From positions 372,001 through 436,000 of the forward strand of contig CT867997.1 in NCBI GenBank assembly GCA_000165425.1: a stretch of 64,000 nucleotides of DNA, given 5' to 3'. Shown piece after piece: positions 25,392-41,509 of this stretch. Both the position numbers and the translations under genes were made by a program. Numbering within the stretch: the first letter of the stretch is position 1; each line of letters opens with the position of its first letter. The notes beneath the pieces are model-generated. The model ran no database searches. It was given only the letters and a program-made list of their open reading frames with translations, and was not told the origin of the DNA. Source of the DNA: Paramecium tetraurelia (Eukaryota).

Positions 25392-26903
25392 TCAAAATTA
25401 ACTCCAAAATTCAAATAGAAATTAGGCTTGGTGATCATTTTAAATCTTTTTCAACTTATCACAATGTTGTAAGGCTTCCTTAACGATCTCACTGGATTTG
25501 CTAGCATCAATCAACTTTTGAGTGCGTAGTTTGAATTAAAATAAATATAATATTTGAATATATGGGAATCTATCGCATAATTTTATATAATACCTATTCT
25601 CTTTCTCTTCTTCAATAACCTACTTGATGAAGTCTATATTCTCATCAAGATATTTATTAATTTCATGTATTGCCCCTTAAAACTCTTATTAAATAGTATT
25701 AGTTTATTTAAATCCTTCATTATCGAATGTTACATCGATTTCACTTGGAATTAGAAATTTGGAGAACTCATCTTCACTAATCATTGTATCTAAAGCTCCA
25801 TTTTAATATATTTAATTAAGAATCCTTATTTTTAAGTTATTTAGTTATTGTTCTTCAAAAGTAATAATAACATTAATGCCTTCCACTTTCACATTGATAA
25901 TTTTGAGAGCATTTTCGTTATTAAACAGTTCAAAGGAGTTCTCCACATTAGTTATTGCCCTGTTAAATTATAATGTGACTGAATTATTTGAAATCTTTTC
26001 GACTTTTGTTACACCAAAGGGTTAAACAACACCAACTAGCCATCTGTGATATAAAAAAACACCGTGTTCTTTTGGTTGTATATAAATTGCTTATTAAATT
26101 AGTTCTGTTTCTTCTTTCAATCTATCATAAGGCAAAGGTAGTAAACCTAAAATTTTATCAGATTTAATTCTCTCAATGATATTTTCAGGTTAATTGTAGT
26201 TTTTCATAAAAAATTTGCTTCTGAAGTGATAAGCCGAAAAATTACTAAAGTTTTATTCAATCTAAATAGTATTATTAATAAATATACCTTTTTCTTAGTA
26301 AATTCATCTTCTCTTCCAAAAGCACAAATTGATGATAACCAATTTCTATAATTCCAAACATGAAAATTACGTTCGTCTCTGTCTAACATTTTGCTGCATA
26401 ATTCATATTCCTGTTTGATGGCTTCTATCAATTTAAGTTAGTTATCTTAATTACTTTATAATAAGATTAATTAAATACATTGAACTAATGAGCTAATCTA
26501 TTTCTTAGCTTCTTAAAACCATCCATTATCTATGAGTCCAAAGAGTGTATGATTTTGGATGCTATTTTAGTAATATAGCTATGAGCATAAACTCAGATTG
26601 AATCAATTTGACTAACTACTTATATGCATCTATGCTTTTTGATTCTGTAAGTAATCCTCCTAAATGATCAAACTTTGTTTAAAGCACCTCTCTTCTGTAA
26701 TTATAAATAGTAGCAATTTCAGGACATAACTTAGCCATAAGTTCTGAAAAAGCTAATTGATCTTCAGGTTAATTCACTTGATTTTTTCTCACTTTAAAAA
26801 AATAGTCTAAAGAATCTAATATCTATTGTCCTTTTTCTGCTCTTTGCTTTATCTCTTCTTCAGACAATATTTCAGTCCTTGATTTAGATTAACCATGCAT
26901 CAT
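25392..26903 (-). CDS. RABGGTA: Rab geranylgeranyltransferase alpha subunit
   Basis: MMHGQ start. Prenyltransferase alpha repeats IYNYRREVL, HPKSYTLWTHRQW, LDRDERNFHVWNYRNW and NFSNFSAYHFRS. Confidence 0.92.
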
Positions 26904-26948
26904 CTTTTATCAGAATATATAAAATTAAATAAAATAATTTAAAATACA

Positions 26949-27863
26949 TCATTTGAATAAGCCTAGATTATTTCTTTTTCTTCCTGTGTATTTGGTAGTC
27001 TTTTTAATTTTCCTACCTAATCTAGCCTATTTTTCTTTTCTCTTAATAATCCATAATTTAGATTTTTCATTTACATTCTTTTATTTTTTTTATTTCCTAA
27101 TTTTCTTTTATTATCTTCCAATAACTTTAACTTTTTCATCATCTGATTCTTCAACTAATCCTTAAATAACATCCATAGTCTTTTTGGATGATTATCCTCC
27201 TAATTGTACAACTAGATAAAGCTTTTTGGCTTTAGCAGAATTAGGATAGTCAACAACAATGTCACCACTAAAACCTAATTACATAACTCTTCTTTAGAAT
27301 ACCTGCTCTTAAAGCGGCACTAGTAATCATATTTATTTATTCGTTGTTCTCTGGATAGAATTGAAAAACTCCCCTTCCATTATTTTTTAAGCAGTTTCTA
27401 AGAGATTCAAAGAAAACAGTGCATCTTCTATATGGGTTTTCTGATTTCTTAAAACTCACGCATAACCATTAAATAACAGAAATTGAAATAGCAGCATCAA
27501 AGACTCCTGGTCTAAATTTAAAACCTTGTCCAATATCGCATAATAATAATTCCCCTTCTGTCTTTTCTTATTGAGCTACATTCAACATTGATTCTGAAAT
27601 ATCTAATCCTACCCAATTCACCCCTTCTTATGTTAGATAAAACCCTGAAATTCCAGAACCACACCCAATATCAAGTACTAAACTGCATTCATCTAGATTT
27701 AGATCCAATAATTAGATAGCTCTTTCACTTAATTAAGTTTGAATATTGATAATTCTATTGCAATTAGTATATTTAACACTTTCCTATTGATTATAATACT
27801 AGAGGATGACTACATGATGATACTTACTAGATTTGGTGGTAATTGTGATTCTGGTCGTGACAT
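26949..27863 (-). CDS. BUD23: 18S rRNA m7G methyltransferase Bud23/WBSCR22
   Basis: Motifs [60 protein letters not shown] and VVDYPNSAKAKK. Confidence 0.95.
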
Positions 27864-27904
27864 TAATTTTATAAATTAATATTATAATTCAATGATTTAT
27901 ATTC

Positions 27905-29435
<1,531 letters not shown>

Positions 29436-29783
29436 CTATAAATCAATTAATAAACAAACAAATTATCAAAAATCTTGATTTTATAAGTCAAATTAATAAA
29501 TTATTTTTATATTATAAATTCAATTGGGAATAATTATTTTAATAGATATATTAAAAAATTTACTACCTCAATAAATCTTACATTATTTATGCATGTATTC
29601 AATTAAACTATAATATAATTGCTTTCTTATTTTTTATATCGGTTAATTCTAAATAAATAAACTTTAAACCTTAACTAATTACCACATAAGTATAATTTTA
29701 AAGAACAAAAATAGTAAGCATCCTTTATAATTAATTCAAAAATCTCAAATTATTATATATATGATATATCTCAATATAAAAAT

Positions 29784-31975
29784 TCAAAGGTTTTACTATT
29801 CTTATTATTTTTCATCTTGTTCGAGTTCCTCAAGCTTTCTCTTTAATTATGTCACAGTATTCATCATAAAATCAAAAGAAATCTTTGATTAATCTAAAGT
29901 AGATCTTGATGATTTGGATTACATTGATTTATTTGTTGAAATGTTTAAACCTTATTTATTGAGATAAATCTATTATAAAATAAGATAATACTCTTTAAGT
30001 GCTTGGAATCTTTAATTTGAGTTGATTTATTTGACCTGTGGACTATCTTTATAATTAAAAATATTTATTTGAAAGGGTTGTACTAGGAATCACAGTTTAT
30101 GGAGGCTATTAATTAGACTGATTGGTTTATTGTGATTATTGAGTTTATTGTTATTTTTTAGCTGTATAGATAGATGGTTGCGATGCCTTTTGAGGAGTTT
30201 ACTCAATTTATTTGGTTCCAATTTCTTAGTGAGTTAAATTTTAAGATTTTCTTGACAAACGCTTTTATTTTTCAATGGGTAATTCTGATATTGAAGGGAG
30301 ATTTGGCAATTAATTGAAGGTTATTCTATTAACATTCAAACTTGTATTAGATAAAAGAAGTTTCTCCTTTTCATTCTCTTCTTTAGCATTAACCAGCTTT
30401 CTTAATTTTTAAGACATCAAATCTCTAAAATAGATTATTAAATTCTTACGCTTTTCTTTCAAATTAAGTTTATTCACACTATTATGTATATTATAAAAAG
30501 CAATCCAAACAAACTTAGGTGGTTAAGTCTTTCCAACTTTAATTTTATTATAATTATTAATATTTTTCTTCATTAATTTTACCCCAAACTTTGAGAATCA
30601 AAGGAGGAATATGATTAAAATTAAACTTTTAATCCTCTTATTCTTCATTCAATAATTAAACTAACTCTTTAATTTATGTATATAATTCATTTTCTGTTAG
30701 TTTATTTTAGCAGATCTTTTTCTTTTCAATTAAAATATTATTTGAGTTATTATCATTCTGAAATTCATTCTAAACCTCATATTCTAAATGTCATAATGAT
30801 TATTACCTTCTTTAAGGTTTTATTTTTACCTCACTCTAATGTTTCTGGAAAAAGTGACTTTAGGAATTTATTAATCTTATTTCTATTTCATCTTTTCTAA
30901 TTCTTCAGGCAACCTAGTAAAATCTTTCTTCACTAAATTCTTATATTTTAAATTAATACTTATTTAAAGCTTTCAATAATAAATTGTAATTTCAATTGAT
31001 ATAGTTAATGAGAAAATCTATCACAATTGCTACAGATATTTTTAAATTAATATAATAGAGACTGCATTTCACCTTAATTATTTATTTTAATAACAGTCTA
31101 AGCCTATTCCTTGGCAAAAGACACTGGTTCTTGATCTTTTCTTAAAACCCTAAAAATAGGAGAAAACACTCTTTGCTATTGCATTATATCATTAAACTTA
31201 TCCTTCACCTTAATATTAGTACAAAAAAGCAACCATATCCTATTTTCATAATCAACCTTAAAATATAGGACCATTCTTATTATTTAAATGTTCCCTCCTG
31301 ACACTTCTAAAATGTGTTTTACTATATTCACACATAATTATTCTAAATCTGCACTTAATAAAGGAGAATTGATTGAGTCTGCTTGTATTAAATATTCTGG
31401 TCCATCAAAAGTAGCAACTCTTTCAACTTGAGTCTTCCTTGTATCGTTCATTTTATTGATATTTGTCTTCCTCATAACCAGGCAGAATTATGGAGACCAC
31501 GTGACTTTAATCAAAGAGTTCTAATCGTTTTTTGGGTATATAAATCTTGTATATTTAAGATTCATACTTTTATAGGACTAAATTTAAGTCTTTCTCTCTC
31601 TAATGAAGAAATATTATAAAATTCTCATAATCCAAATACTCAAATGTAATAATCTCTTGTTATTTGCTTTGCATCTGAAGTATATATATAATTTTAAATT
31701 ATACCTGACTTGTCATTAATTAAGCCACTGTATTCTCCTGGTTAAATGAACTTTCAACTTGATCTATAAATACTCTCTCTTTAGTTTTCCTGATAATTTA
31801 CCCATCCGATACAGTAAAATATCCTTAAATTATTATGCTATTTACTAAAGTATGGCTAAGCCCAACGATAAATGATTGAATCTGCAACAAAAATTCCATC
31901 ACAACTATGTCCAGTCTTCGGATTTTTTTTCCATATATGAAAGAATAACCACTCTGTACATGTTCCCAATTTCAT
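29784..31975 (-). CDS. Hypothetical protein with a globular-looking N-terminus
   Basis: MKLGTCTEWLFFHIWKKNPKTG...RMVLYFKVDYENRIWLLFCT, tiny introns and a low-complexity tail. Confidence 0.68.
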
Positions 31976-32276
31976 AAATAACAATCTAATTTATTTATAA
32001 TATTAATCTGTTTCGACATTACAATTAATAATCTTAAATTATATAAATATGTGATATTAATAGCTTTTGGGTTGCTTAATAATACATTATTTTATTAGAA
32101 ACAATAAAGTCCTTTATGTAAGTTAATTATGCATTACTCTTTTTAACAATCCAAAAATATACAAATCTATATTTGTCTTTACAATTACAACCCAAATAGA
32201 TCGAATCTAATATGCAAAAATAGATTCAAATCTAATCATAATAAATGATTTATAATAATGTTTAATCAAATAATAT

Positions 32277-35200
32277 TCAAAATTACTTATTAATTTACTT
32301 TAGAAGATCTTCCATTGCTTAATTATGAGTCGCTAAACCTTATTTGTAATCATTACAAAGATTTTTTACAAGCTAATTAATATTTCTTAAATTATACTTA
32401 GAACACATCATTAAATTATTATCCATCCTCTTCTTGCACTTCATTAATTTACAGTTTTAGTTTTAATAACTTTTCAGTAATGTCTTAAATAATTATTTTA
32501 TTTTATACCTGTTAGCAATTTCTCAATATTTGAAACTGATTCTATATACTTGTCCACTTCTTATTATAATTTATTATCCAATTCATCAAGTTTTTAAACT
32601 AAACCTTGTATTTATTAATCATCATCTCCATTCCCTCCCTTTTTCTTTTTGAGTTTATTTAAATCATCCTGACTTTTGGCGATTTATTTTTCTAAATCTG
32701 ATCTTCTTTTATCGCTTTAAGTAGATTCCTTTTCCAAATTATCTAGTATTGGTTTTTATTCTTAAATAAACTTTCTCAATTTATCAATTTCTCCTTTTAT
32801 ATCATCCTTCTTCAATTACTGATTTTCTTTTTATAATTGATCTATTTATTTTTATTTTTCTTTAATTTCATCCTCTTATTACTTGGCTTACTCTTTAAGA
32901 TTTTATACCTGAGTATCCAGAGCATTGCATTCATCATCTAAATCCTTATTTTCTTTCTCTTTTTATTTTAATTGACTATTAGCTTTATCCAAATCTTTCT
33001 TTGCCTAATTTTACGCTTAAATGGCATTTTTAGCATCTTGTTCTGCTTTTTATAATTTATTTTTAACTGCCTCTGGGTCTAATTAAGCTATTTGTTTTTC
33101 AGCTTAAGCTAATTTGTTTTAGGTATCTTTTAATTGTTTTTTCAAATCATTCAAGTTTTACAATTCTTATTTTAATTTTTCAGCCTCATTAATAGCTGCT
33201 TGTCTTTATTAATCTAAGTGATCACATTCGGCATCCAAATCTTTTACCTATTTTTCTAAGTCCTTTCTTTATTAATCCTTATCTTTTTGCTCTTTTTATT
33301 CTTTTTATTTCTACTCTTTTAGTTTATTTAATTCATTTTATACTTTAGTTAATTAATCTTCTTTTTATTTTAGTTATTATTAGGCTTTATTTAATTCATC
33401 ATTGAGTCTGTTAATTTCTGAGTTTTCTTGTTATTCCTTTATTTTTTATTAGAGTTTTGCATCTAGATCATCACATTCCTTATTCAGATTATTAACTTCA
33501 TTTTATAGATTTTTCTTCTCTTTTTCTTGTTCTTTAATTTAATCCTTCAATTACTTAATTTCATTTTATGCATCCTATAGTTAATTTTTCAATTAATCCT
33601 AAGTCTTATTCTATTTCTACTCAGTATTGTTAATTTAATCTTATAATTTTTAATTTTGTTTTTTTGACTCATTTAATTATTTATTTAAATCATTATTATT
33701 TTATTGCAATTGTTTATTTTCTTATTACTTACTTTAATTATCTTACTTTTATTTTTCTAAATTCTCTTATAATTTTTAAATATCTTTAGCTTGTTAATCT
33801 ATTTATTTCTATTTTTAGTTAATTTCTTTATTTAATTAATTAATTTAATCATTTAATGAATTAATTTCTTTTTATAATTCTTTATTTTCTTACTCATATT
33901 CATCTAAATCCTTATTTAATTGTTCTGCATTATTGTGCTTATCATTCAATTCTTTTTATGCTTTCACTAAATCTTTTTATTATTGCAATGCCTTCTCTTC
34001 AGCCTAATTGAACTTTTAATGTAAATTATTGTTATCTTAAATTAAATTTTATTTTTCTTTATTCAAATCTTTGATTTCTTTTTCAAGATCTTTAATTTAA
34101 TTCTGTTAATCTTTAACCTTTTATTCTAAGTCAGCAATTTTTTAATCCAATTGATCCAACTCTTCATTAGCAGCGTTAATTTATTTTGCCTATTCATCAT
34201 TTTTATCCTTCAATGTCTTATTATTTTTGTCCAAAGTAGCAGTTTTCTTAAGTTCCGCATCTAATTTCCTCTAAACATCTTTAACTTCTCTATCTCTCTT
34301 ATTATCAGCGTCTTTAAGTTCTTTTTGTAATTATGATATTTATTTATTCTACGCCTCCAGTTAATTGGCCTTATTAGAATTGTCCTTTTCAAGTTGATCT
34401 ATATTGTGATCTTTTTCATCTTCAGTTGCCTTAGCATTATTTAGCAACTCTTTGATTTGTTTTTCATATTAATTCATTTGATCTTACAATTATTTTTCAA
34501 GCTCTTAAATGTATTAAGCCAATTGTTTAATTTTGGCTTGAGCATCATTATATTGTCCTTCATAGTTTTATACTCTTTACAAATCTTCAGCAAAGAATTA
34601 CAATTGATCTTTGAGGGAATCTATTTCTGCCTGCTTCTCTTAAAGTAGTTTATAATATTGGTCATTCTATGTAACAATAACTTAGTTATCGTGCTACATT
34701 TCTGCCAATTTAGCAAGGGTGTCATTGATGATTTCTTATTATCTATTAATTTCTCCATCTTTTAATTTGATGATCTTCTCTTTGCCTACTATAAATCTTT
34801 CTCTATCATTAACTGAATTTCTCAAATATTAAGCCTCCTTCTGTAAAGTGCTAATTTGGTTAGCCTGATTCAAGGTATTTCTTTGTTCTACTTCCAACAT
34901 CTATCCTAGACTTTGTAGTTGTTCATCCATAACTTATTTACTAAGATATGCGTCATCCAACTTGGTTTGCAAAATTTACAATTCGTTTTTTAAATTAGCA
35001 TTTTCTGCCAATGCCAGTTGCAATTCTCCATTTCTGGATCTTGATTTTACAATTTCATCATTAGCATTTTGTGATTTCAGTTCGGCTATCTCTTTATCTT
35101 TACCTATTACAACTGATTTAAGAAATTCGGCTTAGTCTTGAGTTTCTTTCAAAAGTTCTGAGTATTCGTAATTTTCCTCTTTGAGAAGATTGATTTCGGA

Positions 35201-35371
35201 CTCGTATGTCTCCTTCATTTTTTCAGCTTCTTGCTGAAGCCTTTCAATTTCGTCGCTTGGATTAACTTTTAACTTCAATGCTCTTATTTCATTATCCTTC
35301 ATCATCAAACTTAGTTTGAGCCTGGATATCTCATCTGATTGTTTTTCCGGTTCTGGAGATTAATTACTCAT
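32277..35371 (-). CDS. Long coiled-coil protein (~1000 aa)
   Basis: Starts MSNQSPEPEKQSDEISRLKLSL and continues as heptads. Two 25-nt 3' introns lead to TGA at 32277. Confidence 0.82.
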
Positions 35372-35396
35372 TTTTATTAATAAAGTTTATTTATAT

Positions 35397-36997
35397 ATGA
35401 CTGAGTCTTAGTGTTAAATTTGCATTTAATTTGAAGCTGAAGATATTTGTATCCTCTCCGAAATGCTAAGTTAAATTACTACTCCAATTTCTGGTATGAA
35501 ATCGAATATTTATATAGACCATAAAATACCTATTCAGATGTTTCCTTACATTTTTAAAAGTTTGAAGTTCCGTAAATGTCTTGCTCAAATATTTGATACC
35601 AAGTACCTTGAAATATGCGAAAAATGCTCACATAATAGACTTTAGCAGGTGTTTTTGCCTTTATTTTCATCTACTGTTACTGAATATAATGAAACTTAAT
35701 TAACATAACAAATAGAAGAAGGATTAGACAAATTATATGAATCCATACAAGAGAAACAATAAAAACTCAAGTAATCCAAAGAATAGTTTGATAAACTGGC
35801 TTCTCAATTGTTTAATTGTGAAGATGACGTAGAAGAGAGCAATTCATTAGGAGAGGAAAGCAGTAGCAATGAAGAAATCAGTAAAAATTATATGTTTAAA
35901 AGTAAAAGAAAAAAATGAGGATGATGACCAACAACCCATAATGCAGTTTAACAAAAATTCTAACAAGAACAAATTTCAGAAGAGATCTATAGACATTCTT
36001 AAAAAGTGGTTTTTGGATCATCTCGATAATCCATATCCAGATAATACAGAAAAGTAGAGACTCTCTAAGATTACTGGAATGCACGTTCGATAAGTAACTC
36101 TAGATAACATATATTTTATAGATTTAAAATTGGTTTACAAACTCGAGAAAAAGATATTTGGAACCTTTAAAAAAGAAATTTGAGCATGGATTAATGAAGG
36201 ATAGTGATAGTCAAGAAGAAGACTCCTCTAAAGAATAGAAAAAACCGTTAAAGATAACTTAATAGCAACAACAATAATAATAATAGATAATCTAACCTTA
36301 ATAATTGAATATTGCTTCGTAATAATTACAATAATAATAATTTTAATAACAATAATAATAATAATAATTTTAACAATAATAATAATAGTAATTATAATAA
36401 TAATAGTTACTATAATAATAATTTCAAATGCAAATACCACTTTAAAAGAAAGTGAAAATGGAGGAAGGCAGCCAAAATAAATCCTCCGATCCAAACAACA
36501 TTAAGTAGGAAGCTAAAATTGGATAATTTCCTTCAGATCTTTTATAATTCCAACAGCCTAATCAATTTTAGTAATTCTAATAGATGTAATAAATCGCTCA
36601 ATTATAACAATTACAATGGCTTAATCCTCTAAATCAAATAAACCCTCCTCTTTAATTTTAAATTCCACCATAATTTTTATCTCAATATTATAACTTCTAA
36701 GATCAATCAAAAACCCCTCCTCTTAACGGAATACCCTAAATGCACTAAGTTCCTCTATTTCAAATATTGCCCTCATTGCAATAAGCTGGATTTCAATAAT
36801 TTTTATAGTAAGGTCCAGGATAACCAATTTAATAACAAGTTTAACTTCCAAATATGTAGGCTTAACTACCTTAAGTGTCCAACATACAAGCACTTTAAGC
36901 AGGATTTCAATAGTTAAATGGACAAATGTAAAATCCTTAAAATGGATTATTGTACCCGATGTATTAATAGTAAATGCTTAATGAATAAAAGAAATGA
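35397..36997 (+). CDS. TALE-class homeodomain protein with a Q/P-rich tail
   Basis: KFQKRSIDILKKWFLDHLDNPYPDNTEKQRLSKITG..QIQNWFTNSRKR, with the PYP loop extension. Confidence 0.92.
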
Positions 36998-37054
36998 AAT
37001 CAATAGATTTATATTTTTAATTGCATAAATTTATATTAATTTTAATGAACTAAA

Positions 37055-38470
37055 TCAAAGAAGTTAAGGCTTTTTTTTCAATGCTTAAGTATTAATTTTA
37101 CCACGTATCATAGACTTAGCATGGTTATCTTATTATTCAACTACTTATTGAAACGTTTAAGTATGAATGTTACCACGTATCATAGACTTTGAATGATTAT
37201 CTTATTATTCAACTACTTATTTAAACGCTTAAGTATAAATGTTACCACGTATAATAGACTCGTTACATTATTCTAATGCTTCTTTAACTTTCATTGCCCT
37301 ATCATGATTTTCTTCTCTTTAAGCATCAGTTATGGGTTATTATGTCATAGTTTGTACAATTTTATTAGGTTGAAATTAAGAAACTTAAAGGTCATTGACT
37401 GACTTGTTTTTATTAATCTTTTTGGTTCCTCCTTTTGTTAACTTATTTATTACTTCATTAATTGTAATTCTCTTATTGGGATCGATTTACATCATTTATA
37501 AAACAAGATTGACATGCTCTAAATTACCAATCTTGTTTTTAATTTTTTCCTCTAAGCTTTCTTATTTAGTACTCAATATCAAATCAAAGATTTCTTAGTT
37601 GCTGTTGCCCATGAATAAGACCTCTCCAGAAAATAGTTCATAAATCACTGCTCCTAATGCCCAAATATCCACAGAAGCAGTATAACCTATAAACTTATTA
37701 GATAAATTTTAGATTCCTTCTGGAGCCATGTAATGAGATGTACCACATTTATAGGTTTATGAAATCTCTTTAGTACTTGACAATCCAAAATCACATATCT
37801 TATACGTTATCTAGGTGTTTTCTCCATCTACATAGGAGAACACTAGAATATTTTCTGGCTTTAAATCTCTGTGAATAATTTATTTTTCATGAAGTTCCCT
37901 TATACCATTTGCAATTTATTTAATTATATAGCGAGCATCTTGGTGATTTAATTTTTCTTGATTTATCACATCTTATAAGCTTTTTTCGCAATACTCCATC
38001 AAAACAAAGTATTCTTTAGTCTAACAATTTTACAAACAGTCAATAGTGTTTACTAGATTTTTAAATTTTATTCCTTTGAGATCTAGAAGAATTTTTTTTT
38101 CTTACTCATTAATCTACTTTTAAACCTTAAGAGCAAAATATAAATTAGAGTTTTCCTTATTTAATAGAAAGACCTACCCAAAACTGCCTTATCCAATTTT
38201 CTTTATAACTTTATATTTAATTTATTAAATCTGGATGTGATCTAGATTGTTATGAAGCATCTCTAATGTTAAAAGTGTAAATGAGAAAGCTTATTATCTA
38301 GTCTCATGAAATGAATTGTGATGATGAGGAGCTCTACCCTAAAATTATAAATTTTTTTGATCTGTTTGCTATTAAATTGGTAAGTTTTTGTAAAATTGTG
38401 TTGGGGGAGGAGGTATAACATTAAATTTGATATCATTTTTCCTCATATATACGCTCAAGAGATTGTCCAT
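37055..38470 (-). CDS. Ser/Thr protein kinase with C-terminal 24-aa repeats
   Basis: Motifs IGQGSFGQV, ALK, IIHRDLKPENIL, ICDFG, CGTSHYMAPE and VDIWALG. Confidence 0.93.
37080..37262 (-). repeat. 72-bp coding tandem repeat (~2.5 copies)
   Basis: ccacgta occurs at 37101, 37173 and 37245 with near-identical flanking sequence. Confidence 0.9.
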
Positions 38471-38652
38471 TTATTGTAAATAAAATTTATTAACTATTAA
38501 TGATAGAAAAAACTATTTTATAGAAATATCGAAATATGTATGTTATTTAAAGCTCTAAAAAACAAAATTATCTAATCTAGTAAGACTATAAAAAATAATT
38601 GATTTCTTTATTCATACCAAATAAAGAACTAAAAAAAAATCTCAAAATTGAA

Positions 38653-39667
38653 TCAAAATTTCAAAGGAATAAATTCTGCTTTAATTCCTCCCTTTCTAAG
38701 TAGGAATCGTTATACTATTGTTATATTCTCTCATTTACATAGCTTTGATGTTAACTATACTTAAAACTACTATGACTCATTCTCCTTTGTTTATTGAATG
38801 CAGCTGGTGTGTAATAATAATCATCACTAAAATAAAATAGAGACGTACTTTTCGTATTTTTAAGGAGTGTGTGTCCATTAAAGAAAGTTCTCTTTGTTTG
38901 TATTATTGTTTTCCTTCTATTACTTCTTAAAAAGCAGATATTTTTTATGCATTCTATTTCTTCTAGGATGTTTAATAATAGTTCTATTTCTTATATCATT
39001 CTATTAGATATTAATTATTATCTACATATTATTAAATTCTAATTGCAGTACTTTCTCTGCTTTATTATATTGGTTATTATTTTGGTTGTTCCTCTTCTTC
39101 GTCTTCAGAATCTGTGAGTAAGCTCACATAAGTTTTGTTGAGAAAGATGATTTCCAAAGCTTTCCTTTCAAACTCAATCTCAAATTGCTCAAAATAGGAA
39201 GGTCTTCCTTCATAAAATTAATAGATACAACCCTTTTTAGAGAAACTACTATTTAATGCCTAATAATTTATGTGTGAATTCTGGGATTCTTTTTTTCATT
39301 CCAGAATTCCAATGATTTTTAATGGCATTGTCTGTTCTGCCTTCTAAATGCTTAGCGATTTCTGCCCATTTATTGCTAATCGCTTTATGATATAAGAAAA
39401 GCAGCCACTCCTCACTTAAGTCCCAAGGAGTCTTTTTAATCAAAGGATTTAAATGATTATGCCATCTTAAGACAATTAATAAATTGAATACCTCTCTCTG
39501 CATTATTTTCCAATTCTTCCTGGTAATTTGGAGGCTATGAATGTCCACTTATGAGGACCGTATTATTCGACCAATTACATTACCTGGGTGTCTTCATAAT
39601 CGGTCCAAGGCTCTAAAGATAAATGAGAGCAGATACTTTTTTTTGTTTTCTCTATTTTCTTTCGCAT
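38653..39667 (-). CDS. R2R3 Myb transcription factor
   Basis: PWTDYED..YGPHKWTFIASKLPGRIGKQCRERWHNHLNP..W..EE..NKWAEIAKHLEGRTDNAIKNHWNS. Confidence 0.95.
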
Positions 39668-39838
39668 TTTTAATTTTGAAATATATATTTAACTGATGAA
39701 TAACAAAATAAGAAATAAATAATCAAAAAATATCACAATTTCTCTGAATTTAGTCTCAAAAACATAACTAAGTTATGTAAAAGTGTCTTTGCCAATATAT
39801 ATATGTCAAATTAAATACAATATGTTTTATAAAAATAC

Positions 39839-41481
39839 TCATACAGCTTCATATATAGCAATTATAGTAATTGTGCTTAATACTAATACATATATCAATA
39901 TGAGCAAAACTGAAAGATCTCTGGCGAAATGATACTTCTTTACTATACCATATAAAAAAGTGATTATCAATACAAATAGAGTGGAAAATATGATGATAAT
40001 CATTATCTAAAATGCTATAATTTCTATTTACCAAATTTTATTGAATTAGATCTTTATTAAACAAATCGAATTCAACACTGGCACCTGTTTTCAAATTAGT
40101 TTTTAAAAGTGATATGCCCAGACCCACTAACAATCCAAAAATTTACCCAAAATATCTATATATATTATGAACTTTGATACGCTCCTGTTATTCCCATAAC
40201 GGCATACCCTTATTTGGCAAGAGTCATGGTAACTATTCCGTCTGGGAGAGCATTTCCCATAGCAATGATTGTCATCCCTAAATAAGTATTGGATAGGTTG
40301 GTTAGCATTCCAAAAAAGGTTAGAGTATCTATGAGAATTCCACTCAAACAATAGATCCAAACCAAGGATACTATGGTTATGTAGATCTAGATATAAATGT
40401 AGTAGCTAGGCAATTCCTATTTTAAATGTGGACTATATTACATTATCTTATGGATATGATGAATAGATTGCTATGGCTAATACAATAGAGACGGACAATA
40501 TGTATAAATAGCTGAAAATATCGTAATTTTTTGATCCTAATATGAAGTAGACAAAGCTAAGACTTGGGAAAATGGTAATTAGCAAAGTAGATTTGGCAAC
40601 ATTAAAAGAGGGAGGTATACTATATTTCAAGATGAATCTAAAGGGGATATCTACAACACAAAATGTTTTGTCAGCACATGTCTTTTTGTTATCTTCATTG
40701 AGATTAACACCTTGCAATTCAGGCTATATTTCCTCAGTTACCTAGGTTTCATCCATCACATTTTCAATTAAAAATTCATCAAATTGTTTTTTAGATCGAC
40801 CTATTTAATGTATAAATTTATACTTGAAAACTTATCTTAAAATAATACTATAATTACTAAGATTATATAAATTAACAATAAGAATGCAGAATCAATCAAT
40901 GAAAATTCGCCCACAATTCCATATATAATTACTATGATTGTTGCAACAATATAAAACAAGATATCTCTCCAAATAAAATAGGACTTCATGACTATATATG
41001 ATTGTGAATTAATTATAGTTATTCCAACAACTAATGTGGCCACAAAAAAACCTGCTCCATATAAAGAACCAATATTATAGCTGATGGCGTCCAAGGTTTC
41101 AGTGGCCACAATTGCAGTGACAACATCTCCAGCCCTTAAATCTATTGAACATGAGATACCCATTAGCAAAAGCCAACAAAGTGACTGCACTCAATGATTG
41201 TGAAATATTTAATTTCTCTGTTATAAACTCTATTGCAGGTGTTAGATAAAACATCACTAATGTGCTCATAAATCTATATAAATGATATCAACTAACCTGA
41301 ATACTATCAATACAACAAATATGGCCATCAATATGAACAAAATCCAATGTCCGTCGAGTTGGCAATAGATTATAGAGTAATAGTTTATGAATATTTAATT
41401 TTGAGCACATAACGAATTGGCTATTTCGCACTTCTATTCTAAATTAGAATCACTAAAAAAGAAGGATGAGTCGCAACTCAT
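39839..41481 (-). CDS. Cation/Ca2+ exchanger (CCX/NCLX-like)
   Basis: Alpha-1 repeat AVTLLAFANGAGD and alpha-2 repeat GMTIIAMGNALPDG, with many TM segments. Confidence 0.9.
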
Positions 41482-41509
41482 TACAATTAATATAATAATT
41501 TATGCTTGA

